Shown: positions 20,578 through 31,196, counted from the stretch's first letter. The stretch: DNA of 64,000 nucleotides from Dehalococcoidia bacterium (GCA_964291495.2 OZ219871.1:256001-320000); one strand, 5' to 3'. The notes: generated by a model from the sequence alone, not told the origin. Numbers and translations: made by a program.

Positions 20578-22083
20578 CTAGTGGTAGATGATCATGTCCG
20601 GCACGTGCGTGAGGGCCTGGATCTGCTCCGGCGACATGATCGGGTCGTCCTGCCGGAAGAACAGCTTGATCGCCGACCGCTCCGAGGGCGCGGCGAGCGA
20701 GTAGCGCTCGTAGTGCAGCAGCTTCAACCTCGCGCCGCCGAAGCCGTCCATGTCGATCGTGATCTCGACGCCGGCGACGTCCTCGACCGCCTCGCGGTCA
20801 AGCAGCATCCAGTCGACGAACTGATGCACGACGAGGATCTTCGGCGGCAGCCCCTCGTCCTCGACGAGCTCCGCGAGGTAATGCTGGACCTCGTTGAGTT
20901 CTTCGGCCTCCAGCGAGCCGATCGCCAGGCCGGGACGCACACCCCGGCTCAGGGTCGCGAATTCGGGGTCGAGCGCCAGGTGCACGAACGGCTCGCGCAG
21001 GAAGCGGTCGAGCAGCTTGACCTCGGTGAGCGGGTCGCTCCAACCGATCTGCACGTCGAGGAAGAGCAGCATCCCGTAGTCGCGAGCTGCCTCGACATAC
21101 GACTCGATCCTGTCGTCGGTCATCCGGCTCAGGTACGTACCGTCCGCCGTGGGGTAGGCCTGAGCGACAGCGGTGATCAGGTGGAACGCCGGGATCACAT
21201 CGCGTGGGCCGTTCAGCCGGTCGTAGCGCTCAGCCCAGGTTGCGACCTCCCTGGCTGTCTCCGCAGGCGAGCCCTTGCCGAGCGCGCCCATCACCGGCAC
21301 GCCCGGGTAGCCGTAGAAGGCGACGACCTGGGCGTGCTCGAACGGGGAATCGGTCTCGCGAGGCCGCGGGAACGTCCACGGCCGCTCCGCATCGGAGATC
21401 ACGAGGTACTCGCCGCCCGGGGCCAGGTATGAGAGGCCCTGCATCCCCGGCGGCACGCCGTCTCCCCAGCCGACCGAGTGCCACGGCTCGTCTTCGAGGA
21501 CCACCCAGACGGAGAGACCCGGGACGAGGCCTCCCGGGCCGCGCTCCCACTCCGCCCAGCCGAGCGCCCCGCCGGCGAAGGCATCGGGCACCTCCATGCG
21601 CGGTCCGCTCCATTGCAGGCGCATCGAGCCGGGCTTGAGCAGCACGTCGCACTGCGGAAGCGCCCTGACGCCGCGGATCGGGACCGACTGGAACCAGCCG
21701 AGGGCCTCCGAGGCGACCTCGACAGTTGGATCCTGACCGCGGCAGAGATACGCCCGCTCGTCCCTGATCCGCAGCGGCGAGCGCGCCTCCACGAAGTGCG
21801 CCGAACCGGGGCCGCCCGGCACGTGCACCTCCACCCGTGCGGTGGCATCGCACATAATCTCGATCTCGAGCGGCGTGCTCAGGGTGCCGAGGGGCGCCGC
21901 GCCGGCCTCGGCCGCGACCTGGCAGGGTGCGGCCGCTGCCGTGGCGGGGCCGCCACCCGCCAGCGTGAGCGCGATCGCGGCAAGCGCCGCAACGAGCGCG
22001 GCCAGAGCGGAAGGCAGGGAGATTCCGAGGGGAGTCCGACCCCGGGGTCGCGCCATGCGACCCAGGCGGTGCAGCGGTGGCAT
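20578..22083 (-). CDS. Secreted hypothetical protein with conserved C-terminal domain
   Basis: Signal peptide; VVAFYGYP..MGALG, FLDVQIG, VHLALDPEF, LVVHQF, DMDGFG; start uncertain. Confidence 0.7.
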   Translation of the reverse strand: MPPLHRLGRMARPRGRTPLGISLPSALAALVAALAAIALTLAGGGPATAAAAPCQVAAEAGAAPLGTLSTPLEIEIMCDATARVEVHVPGGPGSAHFVEARSPLRIRDERAYLCRGQDPTVEVASEALGWFQSVPIRGVRALPQCDVLLKPGSMRLQWSGPRMEVPDAFAGGALGWAEWERGPGGLVPGLSVWVVLEDEPWHSVGWGDGVPPGMQGLSYLAPGGEYLVISDAERPWTFPRPRETDSPFEHAQVVAFYGYPGVPVMGALGKGSPAETAREVATWAERYDRLNGPRDVIPAFHLITAVAQAYPTADGTYLSRMTDDRIESYVEAARDYGMLLFLDVQIGWSDPLTEVKLLDRFLREPFVHLALDPEFATLSRGVRPGLAIGSLEAEELNEVQHYLAELVEDEGLPPKILVVHQFVDWMLLDREAVEDVAGVEITIDMDGFGGARLKLLHYERYSLAAPSERSAIKLFFRQDDPIMSPEQIQALTHVPDMIIYH

Positions 22084-22190
22084 AGGGGCGTTCCTGTCCG
22101 GTTACCCCCACTACCATTATCGACAGCCGAGCCCGAAAGTAAAACCCGCCGCCGGTTGCGCCCCCGGGCCGCGTGCGCTACCACCCCCGC

Positions 22191-22913
22191 ATGCTGGAAC
22201 GCATCGCAGACACCGGGACCACCGAGGGCGTGCGCGAGCGCCGCTTCGACATCGTGCGCCCAGAAGGACGTGTGCCTGGCGTGCTCTGGACGCCGCAGCA
22301 GCGGGGCGGCGCCACGCCGCTGGTGCTGCTCGGACACGGCGGCGCCGGGCACAAGCGCGACGAGAGCCGCCTGGAGCGTGCGCACGCCTACGTCCGGCGC
22401 TACGGCATCGCCGCCGCCGCCATCGACGGCCCTTACCACGGCGACCGCGCCGCCCGCGGCCGCGAGCAGCGCTACGACGCCGCGGTGGCCGAGGAGATGG
22501 TGGGCGATTGGCAGGCGACGCTCGACGCGCTGCTCGGCCTCGGCGAGTTCGACGAGGAGCGCATCGGCTACGGCGGCGTCTCGATGGGGACGATGTTCGG
22601 GCTGCCCTTCCTCGTTGCCGACGGCCGCATCCGCGCGGCGGTGCTTGGCCTCTGCGGCGTGCGCAGCTCCGCCCGGACTGAGGACAGCCTCTTCGTGCGC
22701 CTGGTGCGGGACGCTCCTCGCCTCAGCTGCCCGACGCTGTTCCTGATGCAGTGGGACGACGAGCTCTTCGATCGCGACGGGATGCTGGCGCTCTTCGACC
22801 TGCTCGGCTCGGCCGACAAGCGCCTCTACGCCAACCCCGGCGGCCACGCCGAGACGCCCGAGCACGTGCGCGACATCGGCCTGGAGTTCATCGCCGCGCA
22901 ACTGCTCGCGTAG
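22191..22913 (+). CDS. Alpha/beta hydrolase (dienelactone hydrolase-like)
   Basis: LLGHGG, GVSMG nucleophile elbow, QWDDE, NPGGH. Confidence 0.85.
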   Translation: MLERIADTGTTEGVRERRFDIVRPEGRVPGVLWTPQQRGGATPLVLLGHGGAGHKRDESRLERAHAYVRRYGIAAAAIDGPYHGDRAARGREQRYDAAVAEEMVGDWQATLDALLGLGEFDEERIGYGGVSMGTMFGLPFLVADGRIRAAVLGLCGVRSSARTEDSLFVRLVRDAPRLSCPTLFLMQWDDELFDRDGMLALFDLLGSADKRLYANPGGHAETPEHVRDIGLEFIAAQLLA

Positions 22914-22998
22914 CCCGCGAGCGCGCGGGCCGCTACGCTGCCCTCACGGGCCCGGTCCGCCGCCGGGGCCAGAGATGCAGCGCAAGGACGGACCGCCG

Positions 22999-23685
22999 AT
23001 GGAAGTCGCAAACGAACTCATGGTCCGCGGCATCGTCGTCGGGGTCTTCCAGGAGAACTGCTGGGTGGTCGGCAACCGCCGCACGGGCGAGGCGATCTGC
23101 ATCGACCCCGGCGACCAGCCGGAGGAGATCCTCGCCCTCGCGCGCGACATGGGCGTGACGATCAAGGCGATCGCCAACTCCCACGCGCACCTCGACCACA
23201 TCCTCGGCGTCCACGGGGTGCACGAGGCGACCGGGGCGAAGTTCCTGCTGCACGAGAGCGACCTCGACCTGCTGCAGCACGGCTGGAAGGACTCGGCGCA
23301 ACGGATGGGGCTGGACCTGACGCAGGGCCCGCCCGACCCCGACGGTTATGTCGAGGAGTCCGACATCGTCGAGGTCGACGGCGTGCGCCTCCGCGTCATC
23401 ACCACGCCCGGGCACACGACCGGAAGCGTCAGCTACTACAACGAGGACGCGAAGTTCCTGTTCAGCGGCGACACCCTCTTCCGCGGCTCGATCGGCCGCA
23501 CCGACATGCCGGGCGGCAGCTACGCCGAGGAGATGACCAGCATCACCGAGAAGCTGCTGGTGCTGCCGGACGAGACGGTCGTGCTGCCGGGCCACATGCA
23601 GGAGACCTCGGTGGCCTTCGAGAAGGAGCACAACCCGTTCGTGCTGGACTGGGAACGGCGGCGCGCCGCCGCCGAGAGCCAGTAG
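22999..23685 (+). CDS. MBL-fold metallo-hydrolase (glyoxalase II-like)
   Basis: HAHLDH, TPGHT, FSGDTLF, GRTD, PGH. Confidence 0.92.
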   Translation: MEVANELMVRGIVVGVFQENCWVVGNRRTGEAICIDPGDQPEEILALARDMGVTIKAIANSHAHLDHILGVHGVHEATGAKFLLHESDLDLLQHGWKDSAQRMGLDLTQGPPDPDGYVEESDIVEVDGVRLRVITTPGHTTGSVSYYNEDAKFLFSGDTLFRGSIGRTDMPGGSYAEEMTSITEKLLVLPDETVVLPGHMQETSVAFEKEHNPFVLDWERRRAAAESQ

Positions 23686-23704
23686 CCGCCGATCCCGAAG
23701 CGCC

Positions 23705-24214
23705 CTAGGCCCCTGCCGGGCCGCGCGTCCGGACCTGGTGCACGCGCCCGAAGAACGTACGAACCCCGAGGATCTCGACACTCCCGTGATCGGCCAGCGT
23801 GGTCACGTGCTGCTGCACCCAGCGGCCCGCCGGCTGTCCGCCGACCGCGGCAAGGGCGGCCGCGGTGAACGCGTTCGGGAACCGCGTCCAGGGGCGGCCG
23901 GTCGCGAGCACCAGCGTGGCCGCCAGTGCGCACAGCCCCGCGCCGACAGCGATCGTCGTGCCGCACAGCGGCGAGATCGCGAGCGACGCCTCGCCGGCCT
24001 GGAGGCGCCTGAGCGCCTCATTGGCGGCGTCGGCGACCTCGTCCGTCTCGAGGTCGCCGAGGATGACGTAGCCGCTCGCCGTGGCGCGCCCCGCGAGCCG
24101 CGTGGGGCCGCGGCGCGCGAGCAGGACCGCGACCGTCGCGTGCTCCAGCGCGTGATTGCGCCGGATCGCGTCGAGCCAGGGCCGGATCAACTCGAGCATC
24201 GCCCTCGCCTCCAT
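23705..24214 (-). CDS. Conserved membrane protein (DUF6391-like)
   Basis: RRNHALEHAT motif, LAISPLCGT, two hydrophobic segments. Confidence 0.65.
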   Translation of the reverse strand: MEARAMLELIRPWLDAIRRNHALEHATVAVLLARRGPTRLAGRATASGYVILGDLETDEVADAANEALRRLQAGEASLAISPLCGTTIAVGAGLCALAATLVLATGRPWTRFPNAFTAAALAAVGGQPAGRWVQQHVTTLADHGSVEILGVRTFFGRVHQVRTRGPAGA

Positions 24215-24237
24215 GGATCGAGTGTAGCGGGGCGCGC

Positions 24238-25596
24238 TCAGTAGGCGCGGCTGGTCCCGGGCGCTCCGACCTCGAAGTCCGCATCGACGTCGATCCGGAC
24301 CTCGACATCCCTGCCCTCGCCGTTGGGCGTGCTGATGAGCAGTGTCCCCCGAGCCGTAGACCCCGGCAGCAGCGTGGGGTTGACCGTGATCGTGATCTCC
24401 GCCTCCCGGCTACAGCCGCGGCCGGTGCAGGCGATGTCCGATCCGAGGGCAACCCCGGCCGGCGGATCGACCACGATCCAGCCGTCCGACGACGTTGCCG
24501 ACCAGGAGAGGATGCCCGTGCCCGAGTTCCTGATGTGCACGGTCGCGCGGGTCTCCTCGAAGGTTCCCTCCGTGCGGATCTCGATCGGCGGCGCGTTCAC
24601 GGAGAGTCGCGGCGATGCGAGAACCGCGGAGCGGAACCCTCCGCGAACAGAGGGCGGCTCCGTCTGGTGCGCGGGCTGCGGCGTGGGCATGTCCATGCCC
24701 GCGAACGGGAAGCGGAAGTTCGCAATCGAAAGCGCCTCGAAGTAGCTGACCTGCGAGAGGTTCGGAAGCGTCGCGTCGACTGGACTCCAGAGCCGGGCGC
24801 CGTTCGGCGCGGGCGGGCGCGCCATGCAGCCCCAGATCAGCTCCTGGTAGGGGTAGCGGTTGCGCGACTGCGTTCCGTCGCAACGATAGCGCTCGCGCGG
24901 CCACCCGCCGAAGACGGGGTCGGCGGGGTGATTCGACCCGATTGCGCCGGGCCCGGTAAATCCGTTGTAGGACCAGACGGCGTAGTACCAGTTCTCGATC
25001 AGCTGCGGCGACGAGCCGGTGTCCGTGCCGACGATCGGGCGCGACTGCGGGGCGCGATTCCACTTGTCCGCGAGGATCGCCGCGCCTCGAGCGATGTTGT
25101 ACACGTAGTGCGTCGCCACGCTCACCTGCGTCTCGCTCGGCCGGCGGTCGGCGCCCAGCGGCAGCGTCATGCCTGTCGTTACCTGCATCACGCCGTGACC
25201 GCAGTCGAATGAGATCAGCGCGTCCCCGAGGGCTTCGAAGGAGACCGAGCGCGAGGCCATCGTGATACCGGACTCGACCCAGGCGACCGCGCGCAGCACC
25301 TCCACGGGCACCTGCCGCAGGGCGCTGTCGGAGCGGTTGCTGCGCGTCCCGACCTCGATTGTCGGCAGCCCGAAGAACGGGTTGTTCGGGAAGAGCGCGT
25401 TGACCGCCGCCGCGTCGATCACATCCAGGTAGGACGCGCGTGCGCGATCGGCCTCGTAGGTCTGCGGCGTGCGCAGGAATGCGCAGGCTCGCGCCGGTTC
25501 CGCGCCTCGAGGCGACGACCAGAGCCCGAGCGCCAACGCGGCGGCGAGGACGATCAGCGCCGCCCGCGCGATCCGGCGCAGGGCGACCTCAGGCAT
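24238..25596 (-). CDS. Secreted lytic-transglycosylase/lysozyme-like protein with C-terminal Ig/BACON-like domain
   Basis: AVAWVESG, GHGVMQV, NIARGA, AVWSYNG; C-terminal IRNSGTGILSWS...WIVV. Confidence 0.65.
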   Translation of the reverse strand: MPEVALRRIARAALIVLAAALALGLWSSPRGAEPARACAFLRTPQTYEADRARASYLDVIDAAAVNALFPNNPFFGLPTIEVGTRSNRSDSALRQVPVEVLRAVAWVESGITMASRSVSFEALGDALISFDCGHGVMQVTTGMTLPLGADRRPSETQVSVATHYVYNIARGAAILADKWNRAPQSRPIVGTDTGSSPQLIENWYYAVWSYNGFTGPGAIGSNHPADPVFGGWPRERYRCDGTQSRNRYPYQELIWGCMARPPAPNGARLWSPVDATLPNLSQVSYFEALSIANFRFPFAGMDMPTPQPAHQTEPPSVRGGFRSAVLASPRLSVNAPPIEIRTEGTFEETRATVHIRNSGTGILSWSATSSDGWIVVDPPAGVALGSDIACTGRGCSREAEITITVNPTLLPGSTARGTLLISTPNGEGRDVEVRIDVDADFEVGAPGTSRAY

Positions 25597-26713
25597 CGCG
25601 CAGCCAGCCGATGAAGATCAGCTCGTGGTCCGCCAGTACGGTCGCCCGGCCGCCGGCGCTGGATATCACCACCAGCGACTCGCGACCCGGCTCATAGGCG
25701 TCGCGTCCGTCGAAGCTGCGCGCCGCCAGGTAGCGGCCGTCGCCGCTCCAGCCGAGCGGCGCGTCGAAGCCCTGCTCGGGCGCGGTCAGCCGCCCCTGTT
25801 CGCCGCCGTCCTCGAGCTGCAGTGTGAGCGGGGCTGCCCCCGCCAGGAATCCGGGCTCCTGGCCGAACGTGATGCCGTCGCCCGCGGGCGTCCAGACGGG
25901 CGAGAACTGATCGCCAACGAAGCCGTCGCTCGCCTCGATGCGCGGCTCGGCGCCGCCGTCGATCGCTGTGACGTGGAGGCGCTGAACCACGCGCTCGGCC
26001 TCGATCCGCGGCGCCAGGTAGGAGAGCGTGCCGCCGTCCGGCGAGAGGCGCCAGCCGCTTGCGATGTGATCGGAGGCGTGGAGCAGCAGCGTGGCGCCCT
26101 CGCCTTCGGCATCGACGCGGTAGAGGTCGGTGCCGCCGGTGGAGAGTTCGGCGTAGACCACGCCGCCATCCGCCGGAACGGCCACGGGCAGGATCCCGAA
26201 CCGCGTCGTCAGCTTGCGCACGGTCCGCCGCTCGCGTGTCGCGAGATCGACGCGCACCAGCGCCTGCGTCCCCTCGATGCCGTCGCTGCTGCGATAGACG
26301 AGGTAGCGACCCTCGCGGTCGAAGACGGGCGGAACGAGCAGATCGGCGTCGCCGGCGAGTCGCGTCAGATCGCCGCTGGCGGCGTCCAGCAGCCAGAGCT
26401 CGGCGGGGGAATCGCGGCGGGGTTCGGCCTCGGGCGGCAGGGCGACGAAGGCGATCAGGGCGCCGACCATCTCCGTCGCCGGCGTCAGCGCCCAGCCCTG
26501 CGCGTGCGGCACGCTCGCGAGCAGCTCGCGAGCCTCGAGGTTCCCGGCGGGCGCGGTGTAGATGCTGTCCTCGCCGGGGCCGAACTCGGCGAAGACGAGC
26601 CGCGCCTCGGCAACGGGCTCGTCCGGCTCGTCGTCGCCGAAATCACACGCGACCACGACACCGGCGGCGAGCAGGACGAGCAGGGCCAGCAGCGGCAGGA
26701 CACGGCGGGGCAT
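25589..26713 (-). CDS. TolB-like beta-propeller lipoprotein
   Basis: VVAC lipobox; SPDG, SPVWTPAGD, WSGDGRYL repeats. Confidence 0.72.
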   Translation of the reverse strand: MPRRVLPLLALLVLLAAGVVVACDFGDDEPDEPVAEARLVFAEFGPGEDSIYTAPAGNLEARELLASVPHAQGWALTPATEMVGALIAFVALPPEAEPRRDSPAELWLLDAASGDLTRLAGDADLLVPPVFDREGRYLVYRSSDGIEGTQALVRVDLATRERRTVRKLTTRFGILPVAVPADGGVVYAELSTGGTDLYRVDAEGEGATLLLHASDHIASGWRLSPDGGTLSYLAPRIEAERVVQRLHVTAIDGGAEPRIEASDGFVGDQFSPVWTPAGDGITFGQEPGFLAGAAPLTLQLEDGGEQGRLTAPEQGFDAPLGWSGDGRYLAARSFDGRDAYEPGRESLVVISSAGGRATVLADHELIFIGWLRDA

Positions 26714-26890
26714 GAGCAAGCGCCTTCGGGCTTCCCGGAGAGTTCGGCCCCCGCCAAACGAGCCACAGTCACCTGTGGGCCAGAATCACGATATGAACCG
26801 CCGTCACGCGGTGTCAACGCGCACCCCCGGACGAGCTGCCTCGCGCCCCCTGCGAGGGCGCTCTGCGGCGACCCCTGCTACGCTGGAATC

Positions 26891-27628
26891 GTGATACTTC
26901 GCTATCTGGCGGTGCTCGATGAGGCGCCGCTCGCCTTTGTCATTCTGATCGCTGCATTCGGCGCCTCGCTGCTGGTCGGCCTCGTGCTGCACGAGGTCGC
27001 CCACGCCTACGTCGCCGACTCGCTCGGGGACCGCACGCCGCGCTCGTTCGGGCGGCTCTCGCTCAATCCGAAGCGACACCTGGATCCGCTCGGCTCGGCG
27101 CTGATCTTCCTCGCCGGCTTCGGCTGGGCGCGGCCGGTGCCGGTCAACCCGTTCAACACCTCGGGCAACGTCAAGCTGAACATGGCCACGATCGCCGTCG
27201 CGGGCCCGGCGACGAACCTGGTGGTCGCGGCGATCGCCGGGCTGCCGATCAAGCTCGGCTGGGTGCCGTTTTTCCACCCCTTCGTCGCGCCCTCGCTGGC
27301 CGAGTTCGCCGTGGGGGTATGGACGGACTCGCCCGAGAACATGGTTGGGTTGTTCCTGGGGACGGTCGTGCTGCTCAACGTGATCCTCGCGATCTTCAAC
27401 CTCGTGCCGCTCGCGCCGCTCGATGGGTTCCGGGTCGCCGCCGGGCTGCTGCCGCGCCCGATCGGGGTGCACTTCGCGAAGCTGGAGCCATGGTGCCCCG
27501 GCATCCTGATGCTGCTGATCATCCTCCCCTTCCTCGGGGGGCCGGCCTGGCTGTTCGAGGTCATGGGGCCGCCGCGCGACTTCCTGCTGGAGCTATTCGC
27601 CGGCGACACCCTGGTACGGCTGGTCTGA
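26891..27628 (+). CDS. Site-2 protease (peptidase M50)
   Basis: HEVAH, GWARPVP, AGPATN, FNLVPLAPLDG. Confidence 0.92.
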   Translation: MILRYLAVLDEAPLAFVILIAAFGASLLVGLVLHEVAHAYVADSLGDRTPRSFGRLSLNPKRHLDPLGSALIFLAGFGWARPVPVNPFNTSGNVKLNMATIAVAGPATNLVVAAIAGLPIKLGWVPFFHPFVAPSLAEFAVGVWTDSPENMVGLFLGTVVLLNVILAIFNLVPLAPLDGFRVAAGLLPRPIGVHFAKLEPWCPGILMLLIILPFLGGPAWLFEVMGPPRDFLLELFAGDTLVRLV

Positions 27629-27634
27629 CCGCGC

Positions 27635-28147
27635 GTGCTGGCCGCCGCCACGGACCTCGCGCGGCACACGCGGCGCTTCTTCCGAGGTCTCCGCGGCTCG
27701 CTCGCCCCCGCCGAGCAGCGCGCCGCGCGGGAGCTGCTCCGTCCCGCCGAGCTGCGCCTGTTCGAGGCGCTGCAGGGCCGCGAGCGCCGGCACGCCCTCG
27801 ACGTCCTCGCCTGGCTGCGCGCCAACGCGTCGCCCTCCGACGAGCTGCTGGTCGCCGCCCTGCTGCACAACACAGGCAAGGGCAGGCTGTACGTGCAGGA
27901 GCGCATCCTCCACGTGCTGCTGCTGCAGTTCGCGCCGGGGCTGCACGAGCGCCTCGCCAGCGCCGAGGGCGGACGGCTGTCGCGCGCCCTCGCGGCGCAG
28001 CGCGATCACCCCGCGCGGGGCGCGGCGCGACTTCGCGCGATCGGCTGCTCGCCGCGCGTCTGCGAGCTGGTCCGCCGCCACCACGATGCTTCTCCCGGCG
28101 ACGACCGCGAGCTGGCCTGGCTGATGGAGGCCGATCAGGTCGTCTGA
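27635..28147 (+). CDS. HD-domain-like protein
   Basis: RRHAL, AALLHNTGK (HD changed to HN), HPARGA, RRHH, EAD. Confidence 0.65.
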   Translation: MLAAATDLARHTRRFFRGLRGSLAPAEQRAARELLRPAELRLFEALQGRERRHALDVLAWLRANASPSDELLVAALLHNTGKGRLYVQERILHVLLLQFAPGLHERLASAEGGRLSRALAAQRDHPARGAARLRAIGCSPRVCELVRRHHDASPGDDRELAWLMEADQVV

Positions 28148-28247
28148 GCGGGCCGCGCCGAGGGCGCCGCGCCGCCCGTGCTACCATCGAGACTGGCAAT
28201 CCAGCGGCGCCGGACGGCGTCCGCGGAGCACGAATGGCGCGGTGCAC

Positions 28248-29276
28248 ATGACGCAGGTGGCCATCCTCGGTACGGGCCTGATCGGGGCCTCGATCGGCCT
28301 TGGGCTGAAGGCAGCCGAGGGCACGGACGACATCGAGATCATCGGCTTCGACACCAGCCGCGAGCGTGAGCGCGAGGCCGAGCGCCGCAAGGCGATCGAC
28401 CGGCGCGCGAGCAGCCTGCGCGACGCCGTCGCGGGCGCCTCGCTCGTGGTCATCAGCACACCGGTGCTCGCCACGCGCGAGGTCATGGAGACGATCGCGT
28501 CCAACCTGGCGGTGGGTGCGATCGTCACGGACACCTGCTCGACCAAGACCCAGGTGATGCAGTGGGCCGCGGAGTTGCTGCCGAACACGATCAACTTCGT
28601 GGGCAGCCACCCGATGGCCGGCAAGACGGAGTTCGGGCCCGCGGCAGCCGAGGCGGAGCTGTTCCGGGACGCGCGCTGGGTCGTCGTGCCATCACGCTCG
28701 GCCTCCAGCGAAGCCGTCGAGACGGTCTCCGGCCTCGCCACGGCGCTGGGCGCGAAGCCGATGTTCATGGACGCCGCGGAGCACGACGCCTACGCCGCCG
28801 CAATCTCGCACCTGCCGATGTTCGCCGCGAGCGCGCTCTTCCGACTGGTGCGCGACTCCGAGGCCTGGCCAGAGATGTCGCTGCTGGCCGCCAGCGGCTT
28901 CAAGGACACCACCCGCCTCGCCGGCACCGACGAGCTGATGGCGCATGACATCGCCGTCACCAACCGCGAGCAGGTGGTCCACTGGCTGCAGCGCCTGCGC
29001 GGCGCCATCTACGACCTCGAGGACATGATCACCGACCCCGATCGGGACGAGGAGTTCCTGCGCCACCTGGCGCAACTGAACATCGACCACATCGCCTACC
29101 ACGACGGCCAGATCGGGCGCGTCGAGATCGACCAGAAGGGCTCCGGCATCCCGGTGCCCGGGATGACCGACATGCTCCTCGGCGGCGCGCTCTCCGAGCG
29201 GCTACGCCAGATGACCGAAGAGAGCGACGAGGACGCGCAAACACGCCAGCGCAGGCGCTTCTTCGGCCGCCGCTAG
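28248..29276 (+). CDS. tyrA: Prephenate/arogenate dehydrogenase
   Basis: GTGLIGAS, D.CSTK, GSHPMAG, EHD..AAISHLP, GFKDTTRLA. Confidence 0.92.
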   Translation: MTQVAILGTGLIGASIGLGLKAAEGTDDIEIIGFDTSREREREAERRKAIDRRASSLRDAVAGASLVVISTPVLATREVMETIASNLAVGAIVTDTCSTKTQVMQWAAELLPNTINFVGSHPMAGKTEFGPAAAEAELFRDARWVVVPSRSASSEAVETVSGLATALGAKPMFMDAAEHDAYAAAISHLPMFAASALFRLVRDSEAWPEMSLLAASGFKDTTRLAGTDELMAHDIAVTNREQVVHWLQRLRGAIYDLEDMITDPDRDEEFLRHLAQLNIDHIAYHDGQIGRVEIDQKGSGIPVPGMTDMLLGGALSERLRQMTEESDEDAQTRQRRRFFGRR

Positions 29277-29283
29277 CCGCGGG

Positions 29284-30591
29284 ATGAACGCGGCGCAGAT
29301 CAGGCGAGTCATCCCGCCCGCGCGGCTGCGCGGCCACGTCGAGATCCCCGGCGACAAGTCCATCACCCATCGCGCGCTGATGCTCAACGCCGCCGCCGAG
29401 GGCGAGGCGCGCATCGACGGCTTCCTCGACGCCGCCGACACCCGCTCCACCTTCGAGTGCATGCGCGCCCTGGGCGCGGAGATCGAGCAGGTCGCCGAGG
29501 ACGCGCTGATCGTGCGCGGGCGCGGCCGCGCCGGCCTCCACGAGGCGTCCGGCGTGCTCGACTGCGGGAACTCGGGCACGACGATCCGGCTGCTGAGCGG
29601 CATGCTCGCGGGGTTCCCGTTCCTCTCCGTGCTCACGGGCGACGGCTCGCTGCGACAGCGCCCGATGGGGCGCATCGTGCAGCCGTTACGCGCCCTCGGC
29701 GCGCGCATGTCCGCACGCGCGGGCGACACGCTGCCGCCGCTGGTGATCGAGGGCGGCGCGATCGCCGGCGGCCAGCGCATCGAGACGCCGGTCGCCTCGG
29801 CGCAGGTCAAGTCCGCGATCCTGCTCGCCGGCCTGGCCGCCGAAGGCGCCACGACCGTCGCCGAGCCCTCGCGCTCACGCGACCATAGCGAGCGCATGCT
29901 GGCCGCGATGGGCGCGCACATCGCCGTCGAGGACGCGACGGTTACGCTGACGCCGCCCGCCGGCGATCTGCAGTCGATCGACGTGCGCGTCCCCGGCGAC
30001 ATCTCCACCGCAGCCGTCTGGATCGTCGCCGCCACGCTTCACCCGGACGCCGACGTGCTGCTCACCGGCGTCGGCCTCAACCCCACGCGCGCGGGCGTCC
30101 TCGACGTGCTGCGCGAGATGGGCGCGGACATCGAGGAGCTCGAGTCGCGCACCGTCGGCGGCGAGCCCGTCGCCGACCTGCGCGTGCGCTCCGCCTCGCT
30201 GCGCGGCGTGCGCGTCGAGGGCGACGTTATTCCCCGCGCGATCGACGAGCTGCCGCTGCTCGCGCTGGCCGGCGCGGTCGCCGAGGGCGAGACCGTGATC
30301 GCCGACGCCGCCGAGCTGCGCGTCAAGGAATCGGACCGCGTCGCCACCACGGCGGCGGCGCTGCGCGCCCTCGGCGCGGAGGTCGAGGAGCGCGCCGACG
30401 GTCTCGCCGTCGGGGGCGGCGGGGGGCTGCGAGGCGGGCACGTCGAGGCGGCGGGCGACCACCGCCTCGCGATGCTCGGCGCGGCCGGCGCGCTGATCGC
30501 CGAGGGCGAGTCCGCGATCGAGGGCGCGGACGCCGTCGCCGTCTCCTACCCCGCGTTCTGGTCGGACCTCGATCGGCTCGGTTCGGCGTAG
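29284..30591 (+). CDS. aroA: 3-phosphoshikimate 1-carboxyvinyltransferase (EPSP synthase)
   Basis: PGDKSITHRA, DCGNSGT, ASAQVKS, LRVKESDR, DHRLAM. Confidence 0.96.
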   Translation: MNAAQIRRVIPPARLRGHVEIPGDKSITHRALMLNAAAEGEARIDGFLDAADTRSTFECMRALGAEIEQVAEDALIVRGRGRAGLHEASGVLDCGNSGTTIRLLSGMLAGFPFLSVLTGDGSLRQRPMGRIVQPLRALGARMSARAGDTLPPLVIEGGAIAGGQRIETPVASAQVKSAILLAGLAAEGATTVAEPSRSRDHSERMLAAMGAHIAVEDATVTLTPPAGDLQSIDVRVPGDISTAAVWIVAATLHPDADVLLTGVGLNPTRAGVLDVLREMGADIEELESRTVGGEPVADLRVRSASLRGVRVEGDVIPRAIDELPLLALAGAVAEGETVIADAAELRVKESDRVATTAAALRALGAEVEERADGLAVGGGGGLRGGHVEAAGDHRLAMLGAAGALIAEGESAIEGADAVAVSYPAFWSDLDRLGSA

Positions 30592-30602
30592 GGCGCGCGG
30601 CG

Positions 30603-31196
30603 GTGTCGACTCCCCCACCGCTGCTCGCCGTGATCTCGGGACCGTCGGGCGTCGGCAAGGACGCGCTGATGAGCGCGCTGCTCGCGGGCGACGAGTTCGC
30701 CCGCCCCGTCACAATGACGACGCGACCGCCGCGCCCCGGCGAGGTTGACGGCGTCCACTACCTCTTCGCAAGCAGCGAGGCGTTCGAGGCGGCCGTCCGC
30801 TCCGGCGAGCTGGTCGAGCACGCCGAGGTGCACGGCCGCTTCTACGGGACGCCGCGCACGCAGCTGCGCGCCGCCCTCGGCAGCGGACGCGACGTGCTGC
30901 TGCAGGTGGACGTGCAGGGCGCGCTGGCGATCCGCGAGGCGATCGCGGAGGCGCGGCTGCTGTTCATCGCGCCCGAGAGCCTCGAGCAGATCGAGCAGCG
31001 CCTGCGCGAGCGCGGCACGGACCCCGCCGAACTGGCGCGCCGCCTCGACAGCGCCCGTGCCGAGCTGGAGCAGCAGGACGCCTTCGACGCCGTCATCGTC
31101 AACGTCGAGGGCGACCTCGCCGGCACGGTCGCCCGCGTCCGCGCCTGGGTCGCCCGCGAGCGCGCGCGGCCGGGGCGGCGCGCGGTGGAGGTGTGA
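30603..31196 (+). CDS. gmk: Guanylate kinase
   Basis: SGPSGVGK, TTRPPRPGEVDGVHY, YGT, DVQGA. Confidence 0.95.
   Translation: MSTPPPLLAVISGPSGVGKDALMSALLAGDEFARPVTMTTRPPRPGEVDGVHYLFASSEAFEAAVRSGELVEHAEVHGRFYGTPRTQLRAALGSGRDVLLQVDVQGALAIREAIAEARLLFIAPESLEQIEQRLRERGTDPAELARRLDSARAELEQQDAFDAVIVNVEGDLAGTVARVRAWVARERARPGRRAVEV

Noticed and set aside
28148-28247. T-box or leader peptide before tyrA (also checked before trpB and tyrS)
   Set aside because: No T-box motifs or aromatic codon runs found; tyrS directly overlaps ribF
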